Assembly (NCBI GenBank): GCA_035084275.1 | Contig: CM068742.1 | Location: 96,286,001-96,350,000, forward strand | DNA from: Hydrolagus colliei | Lineage: Eukaryota | Direction of reading: 5' to 3' | Length of the DNA: 64,000 bases | Shown: positions 63,797 to 64,000 of the stretch, piece by piece | How positions within the stretch are numbered: position 1 is the first letter of the stretch | Layout: each line of letters begins with the position of its first letter | Notes under the pieces: model-generated | Databases searched by the model: none | Seen by the model: the letters and a program-made list of their open reading frames with translations, nothing else | What the model was told of the DNA's origin: nothing | Made by a program: the position numbers and the translations under genes

Positions 63797-64000
63797 GAGT
63801 CTTGTAGCTCAGTGGTTACAGTACTCACCTCACAAGCGAGAGACCTGGGTTCAATTCCAGGCAGGGCGAAACCTTGGCAAGTTCCTTTACTTCACATGCC
63901 TAATAATAATCCCTCAAAAATAGTTGGTCATTTCAATCCACGACCATTTGTGGGACACTGCTGTGCACAATTGGCTGCTGCATTTTGCCCACAAATATAC
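63797..64000 (+). mobile_element. tRNA-SINE running off the window edge
   Basis: gagtcttgtagctcagtgg...gttcaattcc. Confidence 0.92.

Noticed and set aside
1-64000. CRISPR arrays, operons or prokaryotic defence systems
   Set aside because: The sequence is clearly vertebrate, with a spliced gene and LINE/SINE content; there is no regularly spaced repeat-spacer array.

Overview
Vertebrate genomic DNA. The repeat content (abundant L2 LINEs, tRNA/Deu-type SINEs, CR1 and Penelope remnants) suggests a cartilaginous fish, possibly a chimaera; this is an inference. The window holds one complete protein-coding gene on the minus strand, RASGEF1B. I reconstructed it by hand as 13 GT-AG coding exons from the ATG at 50805 to the TAG at 19340, 1419 nt giving 472 aa, with a probable non-coding first exon and promoter near 62956-63500. 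The rest is intron or downstream intergenic sequence, filled with L2 copies (one ~3 kb copy retaining APE and RT), about 20 copies of a composite tRNA-SINE, two Tigger/pogo-type MITEs, a hAT MITE family (2 copies) and microsatellites. Most ORFs in the supplied track are repeat-derived or spurious. The observations most worth checking are: (1) exons 2-4 would back-splice into a 444-nt, stop-free, ATG-containing circle flanked by inverted SINEs; (2) a hAT MITE carrying YY1-, ZNF143- and NRF1-like motifs; (3) a foldback Tigger MITE with two outward-facing transposase starts; (4) a recurrent insertion hotspot in the SINE tail; (5) unexplained coding-like DNA fused to L2 truncation points.
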